The notes under the pieces are model-generated. The model made no database searches. It was not told the origin of the DNA and saw nothing but the letters and a program-made list of their open reading frames with translations. Made by a program: the position numbers and the translations under genes. DNA of 63,788 nt, counting the filler, from Lenisia limosa (Eukaryota > Protista > Breviatea), in the NCBI GenBank assembly GCA_001655205.1. It is 7 parts of 7 records of this genome, joined end to end, with 100 filler letters (N's around TTAATTAATTAA, not from the genome) between each part and the next. Parts side by side here need not be neighbours in the genome. Positions count along the whole stretch, not along the records: positions 1 to 25,191 come from LPNZ01008762.1; positions 25,292 to 39,080 come from LPNZ01010226.1; 5 more parts are not named here. One strand, written 5' to 3'. Positions 13,334 through 25,299 of this stretch are shown one piece after another; positions within the stretch are counted from its first letter, which is position 1; every line of letters begins with the position of its first letter.

Positions 13334-16300
13334 CTAGGTCTTCCTTGCCTTCTTCCCCCTGTTCATGATCTTCTGGAGCCTATCGCGGGAGGATGACGAT
13401 GTCTTCTGAGCAGCAGTGGAGCCGGCCGAGCCCTGGCCCAACTGGCCTCCTGCCCCCCTTCGCCGGGCATGGTCTTCTTCGTGAGAGGGGTATTTGGGAA
13501 TTGCGATCACATAATGCCAACCTTTCAGAGAGAGTCGACGGGGCAAATTGGCCAAGGACGGAAGCTCCGGGATGGAAACGTCCCTGTTTCCTTAGTTAGT
13601 TATGACAGGACCCACCGTAGACTCGCTTCGAACTGAACCAAAAGCCGGTAGTTCTTCAGTACACTGTTTTCCCTGATCAAAAGCAGTCGATCCTCCACAT
13701 CCAATGGCAGATCACCCAAAACAGCAGACTCCCATCTGGATGCTGAGTATACCTAAAAAGACGCACCTTTTCCAAGCCTCGTCGAGAGCAGCCAACTGAG
13801 CCAAACTAGGTCCTTTTGGCGTTTCTGCTCAGTAAAGAATACTCATCGAAATCCTATGGCCATTCCACCTCCCCCATACTTGGCTTTCTCACTTGAGATG
13901 GCAACCTCTGAGGCGAGGGAGCCTGAGTAGTGAGGCATGTCACGATAAACGGCTTACTAGTTGTGGAGGTTCGTCCTCCACTACTGGGGCACAAGGCCTT
14001 GGCTCCTCCTCGGCTACATATCCGACTGACTCGGCAAATGTCTCTTGCGCCTGGGTTATGAAAACTGAAACAAAAACTAAGTAAATGTTTCAGAACTGTG
14101 AAGAGATGGCGAAACCCACCAAAATGTCCAAAGAGTTTGGATCAGTGTCTTCAACAGCAGGCGGCAGAGTGTCGTCTTCTGGCTCGACTTCTTCTTCAAG
14201 CCACGCTTCTGCTTCTTCAATAACGGGCTGTGAGTTGATCCAGTCTTCAGTTTCGTCCTTCGGCGCTGGTTCAATTGGCTTCGGCTGTATCAGTCCTTCG
14301 TTCGGGGCATGGGCCTTGTGACTTGCCTGTGAAGCGTCAGTTTCCGTTTTAGAAAAGGTGAATCGTCGTTAAATGGAAGAGCCGAGGCAACGTAACTAAC
14401 CTCTTTCAGCTTTCCGTTAACCAAAGAAAACACCTTGCCCTTCTTTTGCGTCCGTATTGTGTCAAAAGAAACTTCTCTGGCCCGTTATATGATAATGTAA
14501 CAATGGTTATGTAAATATGTACGAAATCTACAAATCAATAGTCTTCTCCATCCCAAACACCGTCTCATGTTGTCGGAATAATTCACACAGAAACATAGTG
14601 AACCATCAAACAAAAGACTGACTTTTGGAACAGATGTGCAGTACTGATTTCCTTCCCGTCTTGCGCCCCTCCGTAAAACCTTAAATGTAAAATGCATTAT
14701 CGACAATTAAATGTTGATACAATGCTAACGTACCTGTGCTCTCCTACAACGCCACTCTGATTGAGTGGCATTGTGGATTTGCCCCAAAACTGCTGGACCA
14801 GAGGGTCTTCGATTTGAGGTGCCATTTCCTGGAGTTCTACCTGTTAGCAACTTTGGTACCTACTTTTGAACTCGTCTTTGGAGACCTTCAGTTTGCTGTA
14901 TCCCTTACTTGGTTCTTTTAGTTTCTCCTACAACGTAAGGCAAGAGGCCACCATACCTGCTTCGACATAGCCGCCTTGGCCTGAGGCTTCGCACCATGGG
15001 CAGAAGACGGTGATACAAAATCAGGAAATTCAAATCTAAAAAATGAAGAAAGGAAATTGGCAAACCCTGGAATGTTTTGCGGCTCAAAGTAGTTGATTTT
15101 CTTCTTTTGAGGCGCTTCAACTTCCTGAAGCCATCAAAAGCTAGAGGCAAAACAATTAAAACCCCAATGATATTGAGGAAAGCTTGGAAACAATTTTTAC
15201 ATTGAGAATAAAGGTGGCATACTGGGGAGTCCGCAAGTACGCTGTCAAACAAATCCTGCGGCTCTTCAATTGGTGTGGGAAGTGTCTGCGATATTACGGA
15301 TACATTGCATGGTCAGTGCAAAGAAAGACAGGACATTTCTTCCTGCTTACTTCTTTAACTTCTCCATCAAAACTAATCATAACCTTTTCATGAGGTTGCG
15401 CAAGTTTGTAGTTTTCCTATTGAATAAAAAACAAGCAAATGATATCGTGGTACTCTTCGATCTAAAAGGCCTAATACCAATCGATAATAATTTTATTGTA
15501 AAGCTCAGTCTTTTTTGACGCACGTCCTCAAACCTGAAAGCCTCCCATATTGTTTGTGGGTATAACAACAGTCATCGGCCTTGTGGGAATTCTTGACCCT
15601 GCAGGAAGATTCTGTGTAGTCACTTTGCAAAGTATTTCCTTCTTCTAATTCTAAGGTTTGTAGTGGAAAGCTGTTTCAATATTTGGCTTACTTGGTAATG
15701 GGAGTTGTCAATTTCAGGGTATGGTACCTTAAGAGGTCAGTGGGTAACCGTGTTTGAAATGACTCATACCACTTGGCTCTCCGAAAAGGGAACATAGGGT
15801 GCACGTGGAGCTGCGGATACTTTAGCGACTAATTCCAATTAGTGTAAGTGAACGTCAATAAGGAGGTAAGCTTGAAAATAATACCACTTGAGGTAAAGGA
15901 CTGGTATAATGTGGTGGCTTCCACGACAGAAGTCCACTTTGAACAATGCTCACCCACCTAGGTCGGCAGATGGTTCTTCGAAAGAAAGGTCTGGTAAAGT
16001 GTCTTGCCCAATCCCTACACAATTATTCACTTCATGCAGGAAGATCTCATGACTGAGTCAAAACTGAGGCATACCAAAACGGGTATGGATGTTGAGCTGT
16101 CTGCATCTCTCCAAGCAATTTTCAATGTCATTAAAGATAGTGGTCATCTGGGGCAGCATAGCGCCCGCACGCTGAGCCTACTGTATTATTCTACTCATCA
16201 TTCACTTTCAATACTGATTGCAAAATGGACAACCTTATCTCAATGCAAGGGCATTTGGCCCCACTTCCAAGCCTACCAAGTAGTGTCCTTCATTCTTCTC

Positions 16301-18331
16301 AATTATACCAAGCCACTCCGAGAGCTCTTCTCTCCTTTTGTGTCAAAAGATGAAAAAGCCCACCTTTTCACTGCTAATATGTATAACTCCTCGAGAGAGT
16401 CAAAAACAACTTTGCTTTCGTCCGTCTCTACCATGGTCAGTTGACTCAATGAAGCAGTAACTTGCCAACCTTTAGGCCCGTGTTGCTCCTCAACCTCTAC
16501 CTCCAATACGTAGTTCGTCGTTCCTGATCAGTCACAATGCTTTGACCAAGTGCCCACCAAAGCCACTCCTTTTGATGAAATCTCCGGTTGATAGCAAAGG
16601 CGCGTCTTTGTCAAAGTCATCAGCACGGCCCGGCAGAGGGACCAGGATTTCAATGAGTGATTTCTAAAGAATCAGCATGGTCCTAAGCTAGACACGCATG
16701 TACCATTTGCGCTATCAAGGTGACCAGGCCTGCAATGACCGTGTTGTCTTCAAAGATGTCCACGGCCTTTTGAAGTTTTTCAAAGTTCTCTCGCGCTTCA
16801 TGCATCTATAGGGTCACAACCATACGGCTTTCTTCAGGCATCGCCAACCTCCCTGGCCCGGGCCCTTCGTTTCGCTGCTGCTCTCTCCTTATATGCTGCG
16901 GGAAACACAATTCCAAACGACTTCTTGAGGTATAGGAAATAGTTTCGGAGCTAAGAAGTGAGTTGCTTCAGTCCTCAGATACCCTCTTCATTACGTTTAA
17001 GAATACTATGATATACCTAAAAATGTACTTGGGCTTCACATATTCCGAAAAAGACAGGCATCATAGTTATTATTCGCAGAGGTTTCCCCATAATTATTTA
17101 CCGAATTGAAACCCGTCCAAATGTCCCACCATCGGAAAGAAATGCGCGTAGCTTCCGACCCAATCCTCAATGGTCTCTAAACTGACTTTCTTGAGTTGTC
17201 TCGAGTTCTGACTGGTTACAGGCAATCAGTCCTACCTTGGGAAGAACACTTTTGTTGTCTGGAGCGATAGTCAAAGACGCAATCTCCACAATTCTGAGGA
17301 ATGCAAATTCTCTGAAGCTTTCATTTGTCCGAACACCCGTGTCCATAAGGAGAAGACCTATCAACCGAACCTGAAATGTGAAGAATGAAAGTGAAACCAT
17401 GTAACAATTTCACTCCAACTACATAAAATATTAATATGACATGATAGGTTAAAATAAGTTGAAATGAGAAAACAGGTGTTGTACCTATTTTTTATGTTAC
17501 CTTATCTCTTATTAACGGACCGGTGTGATACGCCATTTTCGCTTTTCATTTCTCTTTCTTCTAACTAAAGTACCATGTCCAATGTGTCTTCTACCCCCCA
17601 GCTTGTCATATTTTCACCTCACCCCAGCTTAATAACAATTTCACCACCCATTGCCGACATCAGCGTGTGTGCGTCTGAGGAGGTCAATGCTGACGGACCA
17701 TAGTGCAGCTGGCAGAGGGCCTTTGAATTGTATTGTCCATGATTTGACAAGCTAAATGTCAAAATAAATATAATGCCTATGTCAAAACTCAAAGGGAAAA
17801 AAATAAAAGAAGCTAAGGTTCAACAATAAGTTCGCTGCTTCCATTGTAATGAGTTCCTTAAACTGGCTTTGCAAACTGGTTCTGTAGTGGAGTAGCGTTT
17901 TGACCCTTCTTTTAGTAGCATTCTAATACCGTCTTTCACTCGATCATATGCCTTCGCGAAAGCCTTCACAATCAGAGCAGATGATAAACAAAAAAATCAA
18001 AATATGATGGAACCACGAGGCGTATGAATATATCATACACCTCACAGGGTAATAGCCCACCTTTTCAGCCTCAGTTGCTGGATGAAGTTCCTCATCATCC
18101 GCTTTGCACACCACGCCGTACCCTGGCTCAATGCCCCATTCAAGGAAGTTAAGGTATGTCCACCTGGAAGATAAACATGCCGCATTCCTCCTACCAAGAG
18201 TCAGGCTCGCACGGGACCTGTCGAAACGACACCCAATAGTTGCCTGGCTGCGATTTTGACCTGTCAACCGGCCGTATAATGTGGTCAGAGCCATGGCCTA
18301 ACGCATGGTCTGATTCTATATCATCTTCCAT
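13334..18331 (-). CDS. Large multi-exon protein of unknown function with acidic/Pro-rich C-terminal region
   Basis: Open, spliceable exons such as MEDDIESDHALG.., WWTYLNFLEWGIEPGYG, MHEARENFEKLQKAVDIFEDN, NYVLEVEVEEQHGPKGWQV, TIFNDIENCLERCRQL and EEAEAWLEEEVEPEDD; no family recognised; could be more than one gene. Confidence 0.65.
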
Positions 18332-18802
18332 GATGGTTTATGTGACTACTAGGGGGTCTGCCCTCCTTTTGGAAACAATATCACACCTTACAGACAGGAC
18401 ACAGTACTTCTTTCAGCATCCAATCAGCATCAACAATATTTCAATAAAGCAATGGAGAAGATAAAGGGGAAGGATGGAATTGGATGGAAGGATGGAAGGA
18501 CTTGGGAAGGACGATAAAAATAATAAAAAAATGGTTAGTAAGAGCTTTCGAAAAGCAATATCAGAAACTTTCGAATTGCTCCGTTTTCAGTTTTTTGAGT
18601 TTTATCATTTGAATTTTGAATAATTAAATTGGTAATATTTGTGTTTTATTTCTTTATTGGTGTTTGGGTGTTTGGGTGTTTGATTGTTGTGGTAATTGAT
18701 TTTGGGACCCCCCCCCCCNNNNNNNNNNNNNNNNNNNNNNNNNNNNNNNNNNNNNNNNNNNNNNNNNNNNNNNNNNNNNNNNNNNNNNNNNNNNNNNNNN
18801 NN

Positions 18803-21800
18803 TTTCAACCTGTTCTATGCTGCTGTGACCTATGAGCGGACTTTGGACGGTGGGGTGTTGTTCATTGCAGGTTAAGCCTTGTCATCATTCACTACCCAGG
18901 GAAGGGAGGATTGGGCATATCTTTGAAAGGTCGCGAGAGCAAGTTGGATAAAGGTAGTTGGCTGGTGTGTAACATTACTGTCAACCCGATATACGTACAT
19001 AATATATATATATATGTATATGTATATGTATATCATATAGCTAAATATTACTATATCATATACTGTATATCCATGGTAGATTGAGAAACACAGATTTATT
19101 GATGTTCAAACTAAGTTTGAGCATTCCTCTGATTTGAGGATTGAAAGTCTAGACGCCATCTCTTCCATGTACACCGGCGGTGGAACCGGAGTGGTGCGAG
19201 ATGACCTCAAAAATTCAAGACGTGAAATGCTTGAGCAAAGGAAGCAGGTAGGAAAAGGCCCTGTTACGGCATATCGGCTACTATCTGTTCTGGGCAATCA
19301 ATCACATTGTTTATTCTCCTCATGGGTATTATATCATGACCCATATTTCTGTTTAGGAAAGAGAGGCGGACCTTGTGTTCGAGGAGTGGGCATCGCGGTT
19401 CTTTGCCAAACTCTCCAACCACGTCAACACCATAAATGCCGAGAACGCTGCCCAGGCCATGGGCGAAATTGAAGAAGACATCGTCACAATGGTAGGGCAA
19501 TCCCACACTTGAGGTTAACATACATGTACATACCCTGTGTAGATCGGAAATAAGGGGTAAATAGACAATAAGATATGATTATTTTGGAGAGTATTTCGTC
19601 CAGAAGGTTGAAGATTAGATTTGATACTGTTCATAATCACTCTTATAGACACCTTCTCCGAAAGAATCACCGAAAACTCTCGAGCCTCAGCTTTCAGAAA
19701 AGGAGCTCAAAGCTTTGTAGGTTTTATACGGATTGTTTGTGGGTAAAAAGGACCTAGATATCGCGGTGTCTAAATGAAATAGGGGTTCGTAATACCATAT
19801 ACAAGAGAGTGTTTTCTGAGATTGACACACTGCCAGACAAAAGAAGGATAAGAAGGAACTTGAAAAGGAGGAAAAACAAAGAAAGAAAGTTGAAAAGAAA
19901 AGAGAAAAGCTACAGAAGAAAATGGCTAAACTTGCCGCAAGTAACCCTACTTCAGTTGACAAAGTAAGTGACACGGTATCTTCGTAACAGTCAGATTGGA
20001 ACTGGTGGACGCTATGACTCATTTGGCTCGGATGACATCATATCTCCTCCCCCTGAGGTGAAAGAAGAGCCGCCAGAGCCTCCAACTGCACCACAGATTC
20101 TCATCTTACCAAATATCACAGAAGTTGGCGGTGAAACGTGAAGTTACAATGAAACTATGATGATATGCATATCATATTAATAGTACCCAAGAGGTTCTGC
20201 ACAGGCCTCATGATTCACAGGATGCCACGTTGCCGATTGAAATTCAGCAGTATCTCACTGTTCTCTCAATTAATTTCCGATGGCTGATGGTTGTGGACAG
20301 TATTCGGCTCTTCTGCGAGGATCTTGAAGATGGATATGATGCAAGGTTCGGAATTCACGAGAGAAATTGGTGCTATCTGAACTTATGTCTTGTTACTGAA
20401 ATGTGCTTGACCGTCTCAGGACAAGGGCCACAATTGCGATTGTTGCTCGGTGGGCTGGCGTACCTTGGGCCAAGGTTTGGCCTGGAAGATTGCGATTTCC
20501 ATGTTAGAATTTATTGAACGCGTTTTTATCCAAAGTAGCACCTTATTACTCCAGGTTGTTCATGCAGAGAATGCCCTTGCACATGCCTATCGCGAACTTG
20601 CATCTCAGAGTAAGAGTAGGAAATGACACTATTTTCCAAATCGGTATTCAGCCACGCTCCTCCAACCACCCGCAGTTGAAGGCCAACAAATTGACGACCG
20701 GAAGGAGTCCTCAGGGAGGGCCTGGAAAGTGGTGGTGGCTACGGTCGCGGGAGGAGTCGCTATTGGGCTCACGGGTGGGAAGATATTCAGTGACTCCAGC
20801 CCAAACAATGTCTAAATTCACGGCTTTATTTGTCCCTCACATGATGATGTTCTAGGAGGGCTTGCCGCACCAGTGGTAGGTGCAAGTTTAGCCATGGTTG
20901 CCGGCACCACTGCTGCTGCATCTGCGTCAACAGTCACAGGTCTGGGGGGGGGGGGGGTAAAGNNNNNNNNNNNNNNNNNNNNNNNNNNNNNNNNNNNNNN
21001 NNNNNNNNNNNNNNNNNNNNNNNNNNNNNNNNNNNNNNNNNNNNNNNNNNNNNNNNNNNNNNNNNAGTCGGAAGCATTGTCGGCACGAGTGGTGGTATCA
21101 TCACGGGAAGCAAAATGGTTACCCGAACGGCAGGGGTTGAGGACTTCGAATACGGTTTGAGAATGGTCATTTATGCTCACCATCATAGTGGAGGGAAAGA
21201 ACAGGGGGCTGTGTTGCCATATTGTAGTACCAGGAATCTTGCTTCCTGAAGACGATTTTGTGACACTCCACCACAGTCATGACAGAGAGTCAAACGAGAT
21301 CCCGCCCGTTGACGAGGTTCGGGTCTTGTCTTGAGGCGTTCATCATGCTAGGTGGTTCTTATGTGGGAGAGAAAGAAGCTTGTTGAAGTTGGCTCTGGAG
21401 TTGACAAAATCCTGAGAACTGGGATGATGCGGAGTACTGCCTTCCAAGTTTGGAGGGGGGGGTACTCATAAGCGTCTGTTCAGAGTGTAAGATGCAAGTC
21501 CGCTATGTTGGCATTTACCCTTAGGTTATGAAGCAAGCCGGGGGAACAATTGCTGGAGCACTCATGTGGCCCGTTACCGCTATTTCGGTTCGTTAGGCTT
21601 AGTGGAACATGAGGTGTGTAAAATGGTATATACAATACAGTGACCGGGAGAAGGCTTGACCAATTTGCTCTATGATTTCCCAAGGAAAATTGGTCAAGAC
21701 TATCGCGGTCAGTGTAAATATAATATGAGATACTATATTATATAAATGTCACATTGTCGGGTTGACATAACAAAATTTTCTGAATGTCCTCAGGACTTTA

Positions 21801-22932
21801 TTACTTCACCCTTCAGATTGCAAGTCACATTGACTCACCATGGGCGATTGTGTGTGACAGAGCCGACAAGGTTAGCCACTCCCCCTCATGCTGTTTGACT
21901 ATTAGGCTGGCTTGATTCTGGCAGACCACATTGTTTCAGGGGCTTTTGGGAAGAGACCAATGACACTAACGGGAATTTCTCTTGGCTCAAGAGTTGTCTT
22001 CAAAGCACTTCAGGTTGGTGTCATGTGCCAACATTGAGTGCTCTCTGATTTTCAATTCACGGAATTGGCTCTTGACCTTATTTTGCAGGTACTTGCGGAA
22101 AAGAAGATCTTCGGAGTGGTTGAGGACGTATTCTTTGTTGGTGCTCCAATTGACTTGGTATGCATCAAGAATGTACCCACCTGTGTCTTGTTAAATGATA
22201 AGCGTAGAGTTTATTTATTTCCCTTTTGACAGTCCTCCGCAGGATCCGGTGCAGTGGTCAAGGTTGCGATCCGTGGTGTGCGGTCGCGTGGTTAATGGAT
22301 ATCTTGGTAGTGACTGGGCCCTTGCTTTCTCCTACAGAAAAGTGGTAACCGAGAATGAGGTGGGTTGCTTCTACTCTCGTTGGTCAGTCTCAGCTCTGCT
22401 TTTTTTACCACCTTCGGTCAAAAGCACTATTATGTTAGATGCCCATTTTGGCCTCCCTGAGTTCCTTTCTCATCAGTTCAGGGCCAACAATCCAAACCAT
22501 GTGCAGGTGTCATGCCAGTTCACCTTGACAGTACGCCACACTATGGTGATTGTTGTAGTCTCCGAGATCACCAAAAAATTTCCAATTTTACTCCCCAGAT
22601 ATATTTGTTGAGAATATTGACTTGTCTTCGGTCATTTCGTCACATACGGACTACCTCAGCAAATCCCAGGAGGTATTTCAAGTGCTTGTAGATCTGGTAA
22701 TAACACGCCTCATGAATCCCGTTCACAATGTAGATTTTGACATTCCTTCGCGAGAAAAAGCTCACCACTCTCAACAAGGTGGGTTTTCTTGGAGCTCAGT
22801 CCTTGCAACTCTCTTTCTTCACACGCTTCGTACCCATCTTTGTTTTTCACGAACTAGTCGACTACAACAGTCACTACCACAACCCTTCCGGATGGTTCTG
22901 TGCAGACCGTCACCACTACCACCCATGGATAA
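18803..22932 (+). CDS. TMCO4: TMCO4 / DUF726 (Mil1-like) membrane-associated alpha/beta-hydrolase-fold protein; 5' end near N gap
   Basis: EDGYDAR..ATIAIVARW; RAWKVVVATVAGGVAIGLTGGLAAPVVG; TGSKMVTRTAGVEDFEY; GKRPMTLTGISLGSRVVF (GxSxG); VEDVFFVGAP; RSVVCGRVVNGYLGSDWALAFSYR; ENIDLSSVISSHTDY; TAA at 22930-22932. Confidence 0.85.
21638..21714. mobile_element. 77-bp Tc1/mariner-type MITE (intronic)
   Basis: TA|CAGTGACCG...CGGTCAGTG|TA with inner arms CTTGACCAATTT/AAATTGGTCAAG; related copy at 11043. Confidence 0.75.
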
Positions 22933-23069
22933 GTCAGCAATTATGTCGTGTATAATTAGTTTTAGAATGATGCCTTATGTTAATGTCTCTGTTTCCTGTA
23001 ATATATTTTCCATTTAGGTGGATTCTCTCCAAATGTATTTAAGAAATAAGAACATTCAAAAAGAAACAC

Positions 23070-25130
23070 CTAGCTTGAAGCCCCCCACACTCTTTGACTG
23101 CTTTGTAGTCGTTCCAATTCAGCAGCCTCAATCTCAGCATCCCGTGTTCGTACGGCTCTGCCACCATGAGAAAACGATTTCGAGAAATATGATAGTAGCA
23201 AAAATTACCATCCCTCCAACATGTACGGTTTGCTTGCGAGGGCCCCAACGGATGCACCAACTGTTCCTGAAAAGTGACACCGGCGAACTTCCCAATTACT
23301 TTGCGAAGTTGCAATGCCCCCCCAACCAGTTACCAACGCTGCAGGCGCGAGAACAGCAGGACCCACAGGTCCAAGAAGCAAGGCTACTAGGTTAGGGACG
23401 GCCCTGCCCAGCTTCTTTGCAACACAATACGAAATTTATTAGATACTCAAAAAATAGCAATAATTAATTGGTTCTGTTCCTCCTCCAACAAGCAATAACA
23501 GCGGAGGCGATGCCGGCAGTCACAAAGCCGGACCCAGCCCATCGAAGAGAAGTGTATCGGAACTTTTCCCTATTCGCCTCTACTGCATTCAGTGCTCCTG
23601 CCATGACCTTTGCTTCTGTGTCAATGACCGTTTTCTCCATTGCCGTTATTGAGTCGCTTTGAGAGGCCACCATACCTGGGAGGTTATCCTGCTTTTGACG
23701 GCGCATTCAATGTGTTATTTGTCTCATCTCACTTTTCAACTCGATGTTTAAAGCATCCAATTTCTGTAAGTCATCACGCAGCTGTTCAAATTGCCGCAGC
23801 CTTTTGAGTAAGTACTAATACCATATGTGATATATCATCTAAAATAATACTAACAAGTATAATATCTAATAATTGTAGTATACGTATTGTTTCATCGATA
23901 TACTATATATCCTACTTTATACATTGTATAATATCGTATGGCTACAATAGAACGCAGACTCGTTCTTTTTCTGTTCGGCTTCGTAGTCGATGTCCAACTG
24001 CATCAAATGCGGAGTCATCGCTTCATCTGTTCAACTGCATGAGAAGGAACAAAAGCCACTTATTATTTCCAAGATGAGATGAGAGAACGCCCGCACTGAA
24101 GGAATAAGAACCTACGGAAGCCTTCTGGAAGGTCGTACGAGCTCAACTGCTGCACTGGACCATGGTCTGCGATAATTAAATCATGACATGTTGATTAAGC
24201 AAGACAATGCCCAATGCATACTATCACTTGACCACTGTAAAGAAGGGCTCGAAGCTGTAGTGTAAGGAGACCAGCAATATAACAGTCTTATGTACATATA
24301 ATGGTTGAAATTCTGTGACAAACCTTTAGTATATGTTTTGTATTTGTGATGCAGCGTCCTGAATCTTAAAGTGTAAGAAAGTAACATTGATGGAACTACA
24401 AACTCTTTGGTTTTATTTTGAAACTCTTCCGACCACTCTTTGATGAGACACTCTGGAACTGAAAGGGAATAAACAGCGTGTTAATTTAAAGCCATGGCAC
24501 TGTGAAGATCTGTACGACGCTAACCTGTTTCTTGATATTCCTTCAGTGCGGATAAGAACATGGTATTAATAACAGAAACGAAAAAACGACATTGTTCCTG
24601 CAGACATAAAATTGTTTTTATACCCATGAATACAGAAAGTCTTGGTATACTGTTTAGGTCTGCAACTCACCAGCTGTTTTTGATATTCGTCAGCCAAAAT
24701 TTCACCGTTTTGGAACGATTCCACCTATACCATGTCAAATACACCAAAAATGAGGCACAAATAGAGACTGCTCTTAGGTCTCTTTTTTGAACCTTACACC
24801 ACTAAACAATTGCAGCACCCACCAAGTCCTGGGCCTCTTTGATACATTTGGCCACATCACTGCGGGACTGTACAAAGAGCTGACGGCCTTTGAACACATC
24901 TGAAAATGAAAACGCTCTATTCCGAAGCCACTAATATCCCCTTTAAAGATTGGTACTGAAGTTTCGAAGTGCCCTTGTCTCAGCATACTTTGTTGTTCAT
25001 CACCAGCATCTGCAACAGTCGGCATCGGGGTAGAGCTTGGTGATGGGGCTGAAGGTTTGTTTTCATCCTCAGGGTCAGGGTGACGCGACAGCAAGGACAG
25101 AGGCCAAATCGGGGGCATCCACACCATGTC
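23070..25130 (-). CDS. Coiled-coil protein with C-terminal Gly/Ala-rich hydrophobic segments; 5' limit at a contig spacer
   Basis: Exons DVFKGRQLFVQSRSDVAKCIKEAQDL, LRQFEQLRDDLQKLDALNIEL, AMEKTVIDTEAKVMAGALNAVEANREK, WAGSGFVTAGIASAVIAC and VPNLVALLLGPVGPAVLAPAALVTGWGG; TAG at 23070-23072 under my splicing. Confidence 0.6.
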
Positions 25131-25235
25131 CTGCCGGTTGGGGGTGCTTACTGTTTGTAAGGAATGAGAGACTGGAGAGAGAGTCAGGCTTNNNNNNNNN
25201 NNNNNNNNNNNNNNNNNNNNNNNNNNNNNNNNNNN

Positions 25236-25247
25236 TTAATTAATTAA
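25236..25247. other. Artificial assembly spacer TTAATTAATTAA (also 39125-39136, 43839-43850, 45039-45050, 48207-48218, 60806-60817)
   Basis: Identical 12-mer with stops in all six frames, embedded in ~44 N on each side (100-nt spacer) at six places. Confidence 0.97.
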
Positions 25248-25299
25248 NNNNNNNNNNNNNNNNNNNNNNNNNNNNNNNNNNNNNNNNNNNNGGCCATTC

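Noticed and set aside
16004-16444. 146-aa plus-strand ORF, and similar ORF-track calls such as 46633-46962, 30947-31501 and 55330-56079
   Set aside because: Antisense to, or read through introns, MITEs or N gaps of, better-supported spliced genes.
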